A stretch of 56,634 bases of DNA, filler included, from Sluysia triapertura (GCA_046118255.1; 3 parts of 3 records of this genome joined end to end with filler, not necessarily neighbours in it), one strand, 5' to 3'. Counted from the first letter of the whole stretch, positions 37,290 to 51,610 are shown. The notes: generated by a model from the sequence alone, not told the origin. Made by a program: numbers and translations.

Positions 37290-37417
37290 ATACTAAATAT
37301 ACCTATGTCGTNNNNNNNNNNNNNNNNNNNNNNNNNNNNNNNNNNNNNNNNNNNNTTAATTAATTAANNNNNNNNNNNNNNNNNNNNNNNNNNNNNNNNN
37401 NNNNNNNNNNNGTTTAC

Positions 37418-37673
37418 AGGTTCTTTTTCTGAACCTTATTAAAATCTACATAAAAAAGGTTCGTTTCATCGAATCTGATTAAAATCTGTGAATTATTTTT
37501 ATTTTTAAACCACTTAAGTTCTTTAATTAAAGACCTCCTTATAAATTAATTAGAGTTTCTTAACCATTGAATATAAATCCAACGGTTGGCCATTAAGTTA
37601 GTAAGCCCAATACGTTGGTGGACTCACTTTTTACTTTCTAAGTTTTATTCAAAGCAAGCACATTTTTCTTGCA
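37418..37673 (-). repeat. LTR-like repeat family P, copy B
   Basis: Minus strand starts TGCAAGAAAAATGTG (37673); core 37579-37627; hairpins 37418-37436 and 37457-37476. Confidence 0.6.
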
Positions 37674-38061
37674 TACATCATTAACTGCATCGCAAAACAT
37701 TAAATTTACATTTTTAATTTACTTCAAAACATTAAATCAAATGGAATTTCTTTTAACATCTTTAACTATGTTATGTTGTTTAAAATTTTCTTTACATTTT
37801 TATGTTGACATTCATTCTTAATTCAACAACTATTTTCGTCAATTTCAACAACCTCAAGTTTAGTTACTGTAACATCGTACAATAGTCAAAAGATCTGTAA
37901 CGTATTTCAAACATTTACACAATTGCAAGGAAAAGAAATAATTTATAAATATTAATATTCTTATAAATATTATAATATTATATTATTATTATTTATAAAT
38001 ATTATTATTTATTATTAATAAATAATAATTTATAAATAAATATTATAATTTCTTATTTTAT

Positions 38062-39060
<999 letters not shown>

Positions 39061-40590
39061 GAAAGAGTCCCTACTATCTAATATGGAGGGTCTTTATATA
39101 TATGTCTTTAAATGTTATTTAATTGTACTTCTTACAGTCGATTCAACTTCTTTATACTTCTCTACTTAATTAAACTTTAACTAAAAATCAAAAACAAAAA
39201 TATTCAATACTTTACGTATTCTATGAAGTTTTTATTACTAAACTTTACAAGGGTAACAATAATAAATTTACAGAAGAAGATTTAATACAAACGCAAATAT
39301 TCAACAATATAATTATAAATAATAAAATTTAATTTATCAATTTTTAGGATTTCTCCTAAATAAATTATTCAATAGAAATTTAATATGATTTTAACCCAGG
39401 TGAACACTTGGGCGTGGAAAGATAATATGAATTTAAGTCTATTTTAATACAGTAAATTTCTGTACAAATCTTATCATAAATAGCTTACGGTTATTTTGTA
39501 ATTTAATATGCTGCTTCCAATTTTCCAACGACAATCCAATTTGCAGTTAACGAATTATTCGAGTAACGATTCCAAATAGTAAACGATGATGTCTTCGAAT
39601 ACCAATTCCAATTAACAAACAATTATCCTTCGAATAACAATTCCAATTCCAATTAGCAAACAATAACTTCTTTCTTCAATTAAATACCAATATCGAATAA
39701 TACGGCAAGTATTCCAAATGCGAAACTTCTTCAACAAAAGATTTTAAAATCTAATTCTAATTGTGTTATGAGATTTACTACAAAACCATAAGCTATTTAT
39801 ATGTGCTCTAATCTTTTTGCTACGTGTAAGTAAATGTAAGAATAATATGTTTTTTAATAATTAATTAAAAGATTAAAAGATAAAAATCGAATTAAAATGT
39901 AGATAATTATTATTTTAGACAGTAATAATCTAATTATTTCAATTATTCATTAAAAAATAATCTATTTTGTTTCGACTTTAAATTTACTGATAACGGTAAT
40001 TAAAAATAATCTAATTGTTTCAATTATTCTCGAATATTATGTTAAAAAGATAATTCAAATAATTATTTTCGACTTTGGATTTATTTTTGTGTACTTTTAT
40101 ACATTATATAATTAATTAAAAGGTTATTATTTATTATAAATTTTACTGCATAATATCTACAGTAAAAATTCGTTATTTTAATTAATTTTTATAATCTGAA
40201 GTTAAAGATACATATGTTCCGATGTATAAGTATTAATTGTCAGTACATAATTTGTGTTCAGTATGTCAGTGCATTAACAATCTGTATATAATATAATTTG
40301 TGTCTAAAAATAATTTGTAAAAATTAATAATCGATAATTTGTAACTAAAAATAAATTGTAAAAATTTTGAAAATAATAACGGTGTTATTATTGCTAATAT
40401 TATTTTTGTTATTTAGTATTATTTATCTTTTATTTAAAATCATTATTAATATTATATTTCTTTAAATTAAATAAAAATATTATTTCCTAAATGTAGGTCA
40501 AGGTGACCATTTTTCTATGATAAATACGCCTAAAAATTTTACAAGACACACAAAAATTTCTAAAAAACTTTTACAAAATTCTACTTTATA

Positions 40591-41950
40591 TTGGAGTTCT
40601 TTTTACGTGATGAGTATCCAAATCAATTTATTAAACAATATGGTCAAATTTATCATATCTATCAAGAGAGAAGATATATTTATACAAAAGCATATGAATG
40701 TGCAGTATCTAGGAAGAGATCTATTAGATGGTATGGACATAATATTCATACTTCACTAATTAAGCAACCAACAATAGAAGAGTATCTTGAAGTCACACCA
40801 AAAAATGCATGCCAAACTCGCGAAATACAAATTGATACAAGAATAAGGCTCAAAGCGAAACCAGGAGTTATTATACAAGAAGAAATATTCGTAGTAGGAA
40901 GTTTAGCTTGCGATGGTGCTTGAGAATATGGAGAACCTTGGCACAAAGGGAATAAGATTCAACAAGTATTAGTTATTGATACTTGTATTATTGAAATTAA
41001 AAACGCTGAAATAGCTGTTGATCCAGATACAAAGACAATGTTAGAAAAGACTTTTTTTAATTAGAATTAAAATCATGTTTTGATGAGAAATATACAATTG
41101 CTTATGATGTTGAAAATCGTGAATATAGCTTAGTATATTGAAAAACAGTTAATTTTGATACAATTAAACGTTAAATATTTTCATCTACTCATGAATAATG
41201 ATATTATCAATAATGTAAAAAATTTAAAATATAAGAAAGAAACCTTAGTAGAAACAACTACTCCCATTGTATTAATTGCTAATAGAACTGATGATGCATT
41301 TCGATTAATAAGAGTAAGTAAAATTCAAAAATGTGGTCAGTTAGCTTATAATACTAATTATAAAGTAAAACAATCTTATTTTAATCTATTAAATAAAGGT
41401 GTTAATTTTATAACTTACTTTAATAAATCAGACTTTCTTTATCATCATTAGTTAAGACAAGTAGAAGATCTTTAAAGAGAAATGATCATATATGACTGTA
41501 AATTAAATCGTGAAATATTGCGTACAAAAATGGCATTAATTGTTACTAATCCTAGCATGGCTACTCCAGTTATTCCGTTAGGAAAGGGAGTATTTAGTAG
41601 AATAATGTGACAGTTATTTATGTGGAACCTGTTACAAAGTTACTATTACCAGATATATTGAATGAATCAAAAATTAAATCCTCACCATTATTTTCTCCAA
41701 CATATAAATTGTTAGAAACAATGTCGCTTGTAGCTCCATCATTGACACAATACTACTATCAAGAAACCTAGAAATTACAACCTTATAAAATAATATACAT
41801 TTTGATCGAATTCAGGATTTAATGAAAAGTGGTCTATGTAATAAAAATCTATGGATGATTCTAAAAAACATTTATTATTCCCACAAACTCGTAATATATT
41901 TTTAACTGAAATAATAGAAACCTCTATAGGAGAAATTGGTGATGCTTCAT
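40591..41950 (+). pseudogene. Chuvirus-like (gB-related) envelope glycoprotein relic
   Basis: ECAVSRKRSIRWYGHNIHTSL..EEYLEVTPKNAC..VVGSLACDGA*; AFRLIRVSKIQKCGQLAYNTNY; YDCKLNREILRTKMALIVTNP..PLGKGVFSRI; EPVTKLL; MDDSKKHLLFPQTR. These blocks follow the order recalled for chuviral G proteins. Many stops and deletions. Confidence 0.7.
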
Positions 41951-42615
41951 CAAAGAGCATCAACAATAGCAAAAATTTTTATAGAAGAAATTATTTTCAG
42001 ATATGGGCCACCTAAAAATTAATTACTGATCAAGGTACTAATTTTACAAGTGAAATAATTAATAGGACAACAACATCTGTTTAGTTGAAAGATTTAATCG
42101 TACACTAATACAAATGCTATCTACATATAATGATGATCACCAAAACGATTGGGATGAATTTATTGCACCCTGTTTATTTGTATACCGTAACGTAGTACAT
42201 GAAGCTACTAAAGAATCACCATTTTATTTAATATATCTTCGAGAAATAGGATTATCGGTGGATTTATCCTTCATACCTGATTCATCAAAATATTTAGAAG
42301 ACAATTATTTACAGATAATGAAAGAAAGAATAAAAGAAGTATGGACAAGAGCTAAATTGAATGTAAAGTTTTACTAGGAATCTTATAAACAATATTACGA
42401 TAGTAAGATTAATCCAGCAAAATGTAAAAAGGGTGATTTATTATTATTCTATACCCTATTAAATAAAAAAGATTTTAGTAATAAATTCTGCAAACCTTAT
42501 GATGGTGCATATATTGTTGAAGATACCGCCGGACAGCATCTCAAAATAAAATTATATAAATAGAAAAAATTTGAATCTATAATAGCCCATAAAAATTGGT
42601 GTAAAACCTTTCAAA
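41951..42615 (+). mobile_element. Ty3/Gypsy integrase core and GPY/F region (degenerate)
   Basis: ASTIAKIFIEEIIFRYGPP..LITDQGTNFTSE..VERFNRTLIQML..NDWDEFI..YRNVVHEATKESPFYLIY..KQYYD..GDLLL..KFCKPYDGAYIV..IIAHKNWCKTF. Confidence 0.9.
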
Positions 42616-42699
42616 GAAATAATCCTCACTCTTTAAGAAATAATTCTACCAATAATTCTGAAGCAATACATCAAAATGAAGTAAGTAATAATACCTTAA

Positions 42700-43210
42700 A
42701 AGCACCTAATGTATCTAAATTAACGACACTCTTAATAATGTATATATGTATTATGATAACTTGGGCAAGAGATGGCACTGACATTGAAGATTGGATGTTT
42801 CATTCTAAAATATTTTACATAAAAATTAAATCTAAATTTGTTATTAATAATAGTTATCCTTATAAAGTAATATGCCACAATGAATATGAAATGCATAATG
42901 CAACATATAATGAAGATGAAAACTTATTTTCATGCATAAATTTAAATCCCGACACCAATTATATAGTCTATAAAGGTAGGAGATAAAATTTAAAAACTAA
43001 CCAACAAATGTATCCTGTTTTGCAAGTGCCTACAAGCATGATTTTACAACTGAAGTTATAGAATTAAACATAATGATGTTAATTATAGCAATAGGGGTGT
43101 TGATAATGTTAGAGTTTATTTTGTTTTATAAGTATAGTTATAAAAAGAGATTCGAAAGAGATATTAAGGGTATACGTTTAATAGCATCAATCAGGAGTTA
43201 CTGTGGTTAG
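42700..43210 (+). pseudogene. Type I membrane protein relic with an FN3-like motif, in frame with the integrase
   Basis: Hydrophobic LTTLLIMYICIMITWA (signal-like); ectodomain with INLNPDTNYIV (FN3 LxPxTxYxV motif); after a stop and frameshift a TM helix IMMLIIAIGVLIMLEFILFY followed by KYSYKKR. 42738 is in the same frame as 42114. Confidence 0.5.
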
Positions 43211-44126
43211 ATGAGTTTGTAAAGTCTGTTGAGTATCATGATAATAATTATGTAAATTATGATATATATGTAAACAATAACTCTAATTATGTAATAAAGT
43301 CTTATGTTTAAATTTGCATTATTGACATTTTTAATATTTTTTTCTTTACATTTTTTTGGTTTACAGCATAATGAACTATAAAAGAATTACCATACGACTT
43401 GTAATCTATAACTTAAGATTTATAATTTATAGTTCATTATTATGATATTCTGCTCTTGATTTACGCTTTAATACGATTTGTTATTTGTAATTTACAGATT
43501 TCTAGTTTTAATTTATGGTTCGTATTTTATAATTTATAGTTTATAATTTATAGTCTATGATTTATTATTTATAAGTTACGACTTCCGATTTATAATTCAT
43601 TAACCGTAAATTGTATATCACTTTGACAATTATTTTAAATATTGGTTGAGATTTGTTATTTAAAATAATTTCAAAGAGTTTTATGACTAGTTTGTGTTCG
43701 AGGTAAACCTCATTTTTGGTTGTATTTTAAAATATTTTATTTTATTATTTACGTGAGGTAGTCTTCTACTTATGATTGGACAAACACTAGCATGTCCGTT
43801 TTCTTTCCTAGTACTACCGATGAATGTTAAAAATCAGTTGGCATATTTACCTCGATGAACGAAGATAGTACATAGAGTTGGGCAATACATATTGATAGTG
43901 GAACGGAAGATAACAGTATGAGGAGTAGTGAATAGAATGGAGAGGGAGAAATGAGTGGTACTATGACAACTAATGGTAACTATATCCCACATGCGTTACG
44001 TTCAGTAAAAACTATGGAGTACTGTGAGCCATTATCTAATATACTACAAGAACCTGATAACTTTATTGAACTGGAGCATATTATATCTGAAGATGAAGAT
44101 CATAATGAAGTATAGTCAGTTTGACT

Positions 44127-44145
44127 AGAGAGGGCAATGTAATCG
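44127..44145 (+). other. Possible polypurine tract and 3' LTR start
   Basis: AGAGAGGGCAA directly followed by TGTAATC (44138), downstream of pol. Confidence 0.3.
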
Positions 44146-45255
44146 TTTTTAGAATTGATGAAAAGCGTCCAAAAAGCAAGTAAAATGTACATTGCACCTT
44201 GAATAGCTACAATTCAAACTGTTCAAAATATAGTTCTATGGGCAATGGCAATAGAAACTTGCTGTAGTATTGTTTTAAAGAAAGAATTTCAAAAGTATGA
44301 AACATTACTAGAAAATGTGCCATTTTTATAGTGGATGCCTAGATTACAATACTTAACGATCTGAATGGAGCAATAATTACTCTGTATAATAACCGGGTTT
44401 GGGAATTAAAATTACTTAATTTATTAAATGTGTGAAATTGAATACTTTATAAATCAACTGCTGAAGGTAGCATTTTTGTATAATTTATAAGAAATTTATA
44501 AGAAATTTAGAAAATTGTGATTTATTAGCTATTATGTTATTATGTTATTAGCTATTATAACATTGAGTTTTTGCTACTAATTTGAATTAAAGAATACAAC
44601 TTCTGTTGGGATTGAATAGATATCATTACTAAACTAATAGAATTTGAGATAATTTATATTTAATTTAGTGTGTATTGAAAATATTAAGATTTCGTTTAAG
44701 TAGATTAAAATGACACGCAACATTTAATGGATTTTCTCTCAGTTACTATATTTTCATTATGCCGATTTTCTTTGTTATTCTTTTTATTTACAGATTATAT
44801 TATTAATTATGATTATGATTATGATTATTTGATTATTAATTTTATTATTTACAGATTAATTATTTTATTCACACAAAAGTAAAGTTTAAAAGTATAAAAT
44901 AAACAAAAGTAAATCTACCTGTGGTGGCCCAGCCCACACCTACCTACATATCACATAAACCTCAACACAAAAATAACACCATAACAAATTTTACACATAT
45001 CATTTACAACATTGCACTACTTATCATTATAAAATCACAAATGCCTAGTAAAATTTCTTTTATTAACATTTTTATCAAAATATTAAACTCAATGTTCATT
45101 GTCATTTTTATTATCATTATGACGCACTATCATTTTTCTAGTATCTCCCGATTTTTCATTTTTTTTCTTTTTTGCGATTTAGCGTTGTTAGGTTCTTTTA
45201 CCCTAAATATTGAATCCGTCCGTAATGATGTATCGTTATACTTAAATTAGAAATC

Positions 45256-46050
45256 ATGGTTTTCATGCATATTTCTATTTCTGAAGAAAACCCATCGATT
45301 TCTGCTTTGGACCATTTATTAATTAGAAATGAAAAAGTATTATTGAAAGGCATTGAAATTTCTTTTAATCGGTCATGTTTAGTTCAATGTTCAAATCATG
45401 GAATTATATTTAGACAGACTTTCGAAATTGTAGGTTCAAATTTTTCGTATTTTAATAAACTACATCAGACATTGTCGGTGGCTTATGATAATGGTTCTTA
45501 TATTATATATGTTGCTGACGTTGAAAATATAATTAGAATTATTCAAGTTAATCTTACGTCAGGTATTTTTACAAACAGTTGTTTTCAAAAATCTTTTGTT
45601 AACATTACCGAACTTTTTGCTGAAATAAAGTCTTCCGTTTATGAAGAACATGTTAAAAATATAGAAGGTACCTATGAAATGAAATTATTTTCATATTATA
45701 ATACCAAAAGAAATGTATCATTTCAAATCGAAGAAGAATGAAGAATGGATCAGATAATTACTCATGAATATATTGCCAGTATTTCATATTCATCTAATAT
45801 TTTAGATTTTTTTGCGTTTTCAAATTGTTACTTACATTTTTTAACAACCCCAATTCTTGGAAAAGTGAAATCATATGGTAAATTAGAAATAGGTACACTC
45901 AGTGATAGTTTAGAACATGTACACTTTTATCAAAATCATTTAAAATCTAATGAATATGTATTTATTTTATCCCAAATTGATTCAGAAATTGTTACAATGA
46001 TTGATGGTAGTCTGCCTAGTTTGGATTGCTTTGATTATATACTCGTTTGA
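45256..46050 (+). pseudogene. Orphan intronless ORF split by one in-frame stop
   Basis: ORFs 45256-45741 and 45745-46050 share a frame; ~260 codons in very AT-rich DNA; no family recognised. Confidence 0.4.
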
Positions 46051-46520
46051 AACAAATGTTTATATCATTTACAAAATTAGAAATTTGGGTGAAAATGAAT
46101 TTTTTGATATTGTTAAACACTGATTCCATTTGACTATAAGAGATATTAATTAATTTGATGATAATAATAATTACAATGAGGATGACACTATATGTAGTGA
46201 TGATGATGATAATGATGACGATTAAGTATGTAGCGATGATGATGATGACCAAGATGACGTCAATAGATATGAGATATTTGTATGTAGTATAAATACTCAC
46301 ACATTAATAAAAATAATCATAATAACAAATTTTAAAAAATTTTGAAATTACTTCAAGTAGACTCAAACCAGAAAATTTGAAATAATTTGAAATAATAGAA
46401 TATAATTCTAATGAAAATATGTCTCTTATTGCAAAGACTGCATCATTTCCAGTCCACGACATGAACTAACTAGTTAATTATAAGGGACATTTAAATGAAG
46501 TTGCATTAAGTTGTTTTAAA

Positions 46521-47306
46521 ATGATAGTGAAAAATAAAAAGCGTTGCATCACGCATTCGGAGTTTAATCAGTACCAACATTCTGCAAAATTGATGAAATC
46601 AAATTCTAAAGATGGAGATTTATGTAAACGATCAGAATATTTAGTGATGAAATTCCGAAATGTATTAAATAAACATGTTTATGACGTGCGATATACTCTG
46701 TTTATTGCTAATCCAATATATTCAGTTTATCCTTCACCACCTAATGAAACTGATATGCATATATTCGATGTAAATGTTAGACTTCCACACGTTGTTCGGT
46801 ATTACCAAACTTGGACTGAATTTCAAACACTTCTCGAGCAATTAGAATATCATATTGGGTATTCTATTTATGATTATATTGTAAACTATTTGAAACAAAA
46901 TAATACTTATGAAATTAAAGAGGTGTTTGTAATAGAAATGATTTTTAGCATTCTATCAACTGTATCTTATTTACTCAATAATGATATACGTACTCATAAT
47001 GATGTTCATGAGTACGATTATATTGTAAACTATTTGAAACAAAATAGTACTTATGAAATTAAAGAAGTGTTTGTAATAGAAATAACTTTTAGCATTTTAT
47101 CAGCTATACATTATTTATTCAATAATGATATGAATGCTCATAATGACGTTAAGGTTAAAAAAAATTTATGTTTAAATAACAATAATTCATTAATAATTAA
47201 ATCCAAACATTATACATTTTACGTTAATAAAAACACATCCACAATACGTTGTTTGATCTGCAATTTCGGGTTTACTGCTCCACTTCGACTAAAGTTTAAA
47301 TGTTAG
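46521..47306 (+). CDS. Orphan 261-aa ORF with a 48-aa internal tandem duplication
   Basis: Longest open ORF in the window; repeats 46869-47012 and 47013-47150 (YDYIVNYLKQN..HNDV); C-terminal CLIC. Confidence 0.4.
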   Translation: MIVKNKKRCITHSEFNQYQHSAKLMKSNSKDGDLCKRSEYLVMKFRNVLNKHVYDVRYTLFIANPIYSVYPSPPNETDMHIFDVNVRLPHVVRYYQTWTEFQTLLEQLEYHIGYSIYDYIVNYLKQNNTYEIKEVFVIEMIFSILSTVSYLLNNDIRTHNDVHEYDYIVNYLKQNSTYEIKEVFVIEITFSILSAIHYLFNNDMNAHNDVKVKKNLCLNNNNSLIIKSKHYTFYVNKNTSTIRCLICNFGFTAPLRLKFKC

Positions 47307-50300
47307 GTTTTCAGAAGGCATTAAGCTAATGTTTTATTTTTGAAAGGCAATAATAAATTTTCTTAATAAAATGAAAAGCAAAATTAAAAGAAAAATAATA
47401 ATGACGTATTATAACGATATAAATTTATGGCTTTTAATAATATAAAATTAAAAATTTATTAAAAGATTTAAAATAATATCAGTGAATGAATAAAATTGCT
47501 ATATCTTAAGGATATCTGAATACTCGATCGAAATTTCAACTTTATTATTAATTAATATATTTATTTGGCTTGATTTAAACCCAAAAAAATACATAATATA
47601 CTAAAATTTATTAACAAAAAATTTTATTTAAAAATATTAAAATCGCATAGAAAGTACATATTTTATCAGTACAATTACACATATTACAAAGTATAAAAGT
47701 CTGGTGAATTCGTTTATCATTAATTCGACAAAATTTACATTTAAATCAAAATGTAGGTTACACATACTACTAATTTAATTTATTTCTACTACTAACATAA
47801 ATATAAACAACGTTTTTGTTAAGGTAGCGGCTTCGATAAGCATCGGTTTGAACAAGAACTTCTATAGCGTAAGTTTTAGAATAAAATGTTTCAAGAGAAA
47901 ATACTGATTTTGGAAAATTAATTCCAGTACATTTTAAAGATGAATATATCATTTAAGTTGCAATGTAATACATTTATTATGAAATGAAAATACTTCACTA
48001 ATTTCTAATGAAATCATTTGATAACGTGCATCATGCTCTAATTTGTTATGAATACGATTTTTTTTCTGTATCTGAAGTTTATGTTTTTCAATCAGTTCAT
48101 ATACATATTCCAGATAATTACTAGTTGGGTATATTATAAAGTATAAGTCTGAATTTACAACTGTAACAATATAATCTAAATTTATTCGATTTTTTGATTC
48201 AAAATCTTCATTTGTGGATTACTTACGAGGTAAATGGTAATAACACAATCAACTGTTGAATATTTTTCTTTTGAAACATGCATTCAAAATATCTAATTAT
48301 GTTTGGCAACCAAATAATGTAGTATAAAGGAGTTTATAACACTTTTACAAAATGACATAAGCAATGATATTTTTATGTTAATAAATATTTTATTAAATTA
48401 TTATTATTACTATTAATATTATTATTATCGCAATTACATATTTCGTCATCACAGATGTTAAAGATTTATAAGAAGCCTTAAACACATAATTAAGTAACTG
48501 TTGGATTATAAACAAAATTTTATAATTTTAAGAACATTTTTAAGTGATAGATCACATATTATGACCGATTAATGCATACTCCTAGTGTTATTAATGTACA
48601 AAATAATGATTATATTCAGTATTATCAATATAATTTTGTAGATAAAAACCATAAATGCCTCAGTAATTACACAATATATTTGGATAAATTTAATTAAAAA
48701 GATTTGGAATTTCCCATGATTATTATTAACACATCTAAATAAATAATTTACGCTAAATGTTGCTAATTTTAATAGTATTGATGAATGCGATATTCATGAC
48801 AAGGATGTGAAGGTGTAAAAATTTTATTTTTATTTTTATGTTTTATATTTTATATTTTAGAAATTTTAAAAAAATTGTAAAATATTGTAAAAATTATTAA
48901 AATTACCATTATTTAAAAAATCCTAATAATAATTAAATTAAATTTAAAATTAATAATTAATTATGTTAAAAGTAACCTAACAAGAATTAAAAAGAAGGTT
49001 CGAGAGTAGAAAGTTGTTTTATTAAAGTAATTTTTTAATATGGCTTTATGCATATATAACGAAGCAGAGATAAAGAAAGACGCCATCGTGTATTGTCATT
49101 AGAATTTATTACGTCTTTGTTAAAGATTCACCATTGCTTATTCGTCATTTATTGGTAATTCATTCATCATCAATACATCAGTTCTCGGTCAATTTTGATA
49201 CTCCAGCAATTCAATTCATTCGTCAAATATCCAATGGTATTTTTTTATCTCGCGTCTACAATTGGAGGGATACAGTTTTCAATTCTCAATCAATCAAATG
49301 ATCAAGTTATTTGGAGAAAAAGAACAATCCTGTATTTAGAGCACTCTTTTGATTAATTGAATTGTAAATTTGTTGTGTATAGCTTGAATACTCAATTTGA
49401 GTCAAAATATATACTTAAAATACCAAAATTTCGGTTGGTAATTAAGGCCAATCATAAAATCAATCTAGACTCTAAATTCATCGCTTTTTAGTTGGCCCTT
49501 AAGGTCAATTACAAAATCTATATCGATAAGTAGAGTCCACGGGCTAGATCTTTATTATAATTGAATTTATATTATTATTATATTTTTATTATTTACAAAG
49601 TTTTTTGAACTTTATAAATTCATCATTGTATTATTTTAAATTTTTATTTTATTTAACTTGTCGTATAATAAAACTTGAATAGTTTAAAGTTTTTTATTTA
49701 TAAGAATTTTGTGTTGAATCCTGTGAATATAAGTTGAATTTACAATTTATATATTATAGGAAATTTAAAGAATTAAATAGGTTGTTACTAGTGGAAATAA
49801 GTGAATTACGGCATAAACTTTCTAATATATTAAATAATTGAGGTTAAGCTTAAGAACTAAAAGAGTAATACGTTTCTATACGAATATTGTTAACTTTATT
49901 TTCACAAAAACTTAAATATTACATATGCCAGCGTTGGTAGTGATTATTTTTTCAAGTGTCAGTTGACATAAACGACGATTTGACCACTATTGTTAAGTTA
50001 AGGCAAAGAGTATCTTTTATACGATTAATTTTAATAATTGTTTTCACGTGATTTTTTACAGGTACACCATTAGTAAGTCGAATACTGTATACGGACTCAG
50101 AATAATAATTTATTTTGCTGTAAGTTAGTTTTTTATATTAAGAAAAAACACTATCCAGAAGAATATTTTTAAAAATCCATTTATTGATATAATATATATA
50201 AATAAGTGTATCAGTGAAACAATTATTAATCTACTATTATTTGAAGACAAAAATACTATTCATTATGTAGTAATTGTCAGAATCATATTTCGTCAGAATC

Positions 50301-50945
50301 AAAATCTTATAAATTAGAAAAGAATTGAAGGTTAATATTACGCAGATCAGAATCACATTAGAAATGAAACATAAGGTTACTCATCATCAGAAATATCACA
50401 AACTACACGTCTGTTTCCATTATATGTAAAACGTATTAAATTAGATTCATCAACGTAGTACAATGAATAAACAAATAAATATAAACACTTTAATTTTTTT
50501 GATTGATATTTTAGCAATAATAAATTTACATAATTTTTACACATAATTATATTAATAATAACTTTAACTAATAATAAAAATATAAATAATAAAGATAATT
50601 GTAACAACATTGGTTATAAAAATAATTACAGAATTATAACAATTTAGCATTATTATGACGACAGTTATTATTAATGTGATAAGAATTATGATAATAATAA
50701 TTGCAAAATTGTAGTAATTATAAATTATTACGACTGTGTCTGTGTTTTATATGAATTGAGAAATCTGTTTAGTAATTTATTTATGTATGAAGTTTTGATT
50801 TGTGATAAACTGTGCTTGTGATTATGATGAGTTCATTTAGAGTCCACTACAAAACTATTGCAAGAATGAAATGATATTGAATTTGATTTTAACAGTTACC
50901 ACAAAAAAGTGCCTGTAATTATGTACTGCTTAAAAGAGAAAGTAC

Positions 50946-51066
50946 ATGACAGTCAAATCCAAGTGCCGCTAGAAATTGTCGTGAAAAAGAAAACGCAGAA
51001 TTTGTTAAATTGGATAAATTACTGACATTGCTGAGTACTTTTACAAGTCATTTGAAAAAATTGTCG
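50946..51066 (+). pseudogene. sim: single-minded-like bHLH fragment
   Basis: MTVKSK/AARNCREKENAEFVKLDKLLTLLSTFTSHLKKLS versus Sim [41 protein letters not shown]; one frameshift; stops before helix 2. Confidence 0.75.
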
Positions 51067-51129
51067 AGTCAGAAATGCAACAATTAAGGAAAAGCAAAAT
51101 ATATAATTCATAATGAATTGAAAGAATAA

Positions 51130-51610
51130 CAAATTTTGCAAGTGACCTTGAAATAATGAAGAAACCTGATATAATAAACAATAATATTGCAACTATAGAT
51201 ACAGAATACTAATATAAAAGAGATTCTATTAAAAGAATTAGAGAATCAGTTGAAGATATTATTAACCACAGAAAGCTGAAAGTTGATTCAACTTTACATG
51301 ACATTTGCAAAAAAATAAAATGTATAATGCAGATTTAAAAGAAATGAAACAAAATTCTTCTAACTATTTAATCTTGAAAGATTCACGCCGCATAGGTTCA
51401 ATTCGTATTGGTGTTTTTGGAAGAATAGAATAAATCACAATCATTTTATTTAGAATTTTAAAAAGAATTACATTTTACAAACAAGCAACAAGAACATGTA
51501 ATTAATGAAAGAAAGTTATGTTGGAATTGGATAGTGATTTTATAATGAAATTGTAAAAAACTTTTTGTGTAAGAAAATACTTGTTAATGGATATTTGTTT
51601 AGATTCGACG
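51130..51610 (+). pseudogene. cGMP-dependent protein kinase fragment (end of cNMP-binding domain B + kinase N-lobe)
   Basis: KRDSIKRIRESVEDI; LILKDSRRIGSIRIGVFGRIE; KQQEHVINERK/VMLELDSDFIMKL*KTF..KYLLMDICL parallel PKG [36 protein letters not shown] and RQQEHIRSEKQIM..SDFIVRLYRTF..KYLYMLMEACL. Confidence 0.75.

Noticed and set aside
44921-45250. 109-aa ORF and similar Ile/Asn-rich short ORFs (e.g. 46016-46300, 35039-35251)
   Set aside because: Low-complexity or repeat-derived frames with no coding evidence.
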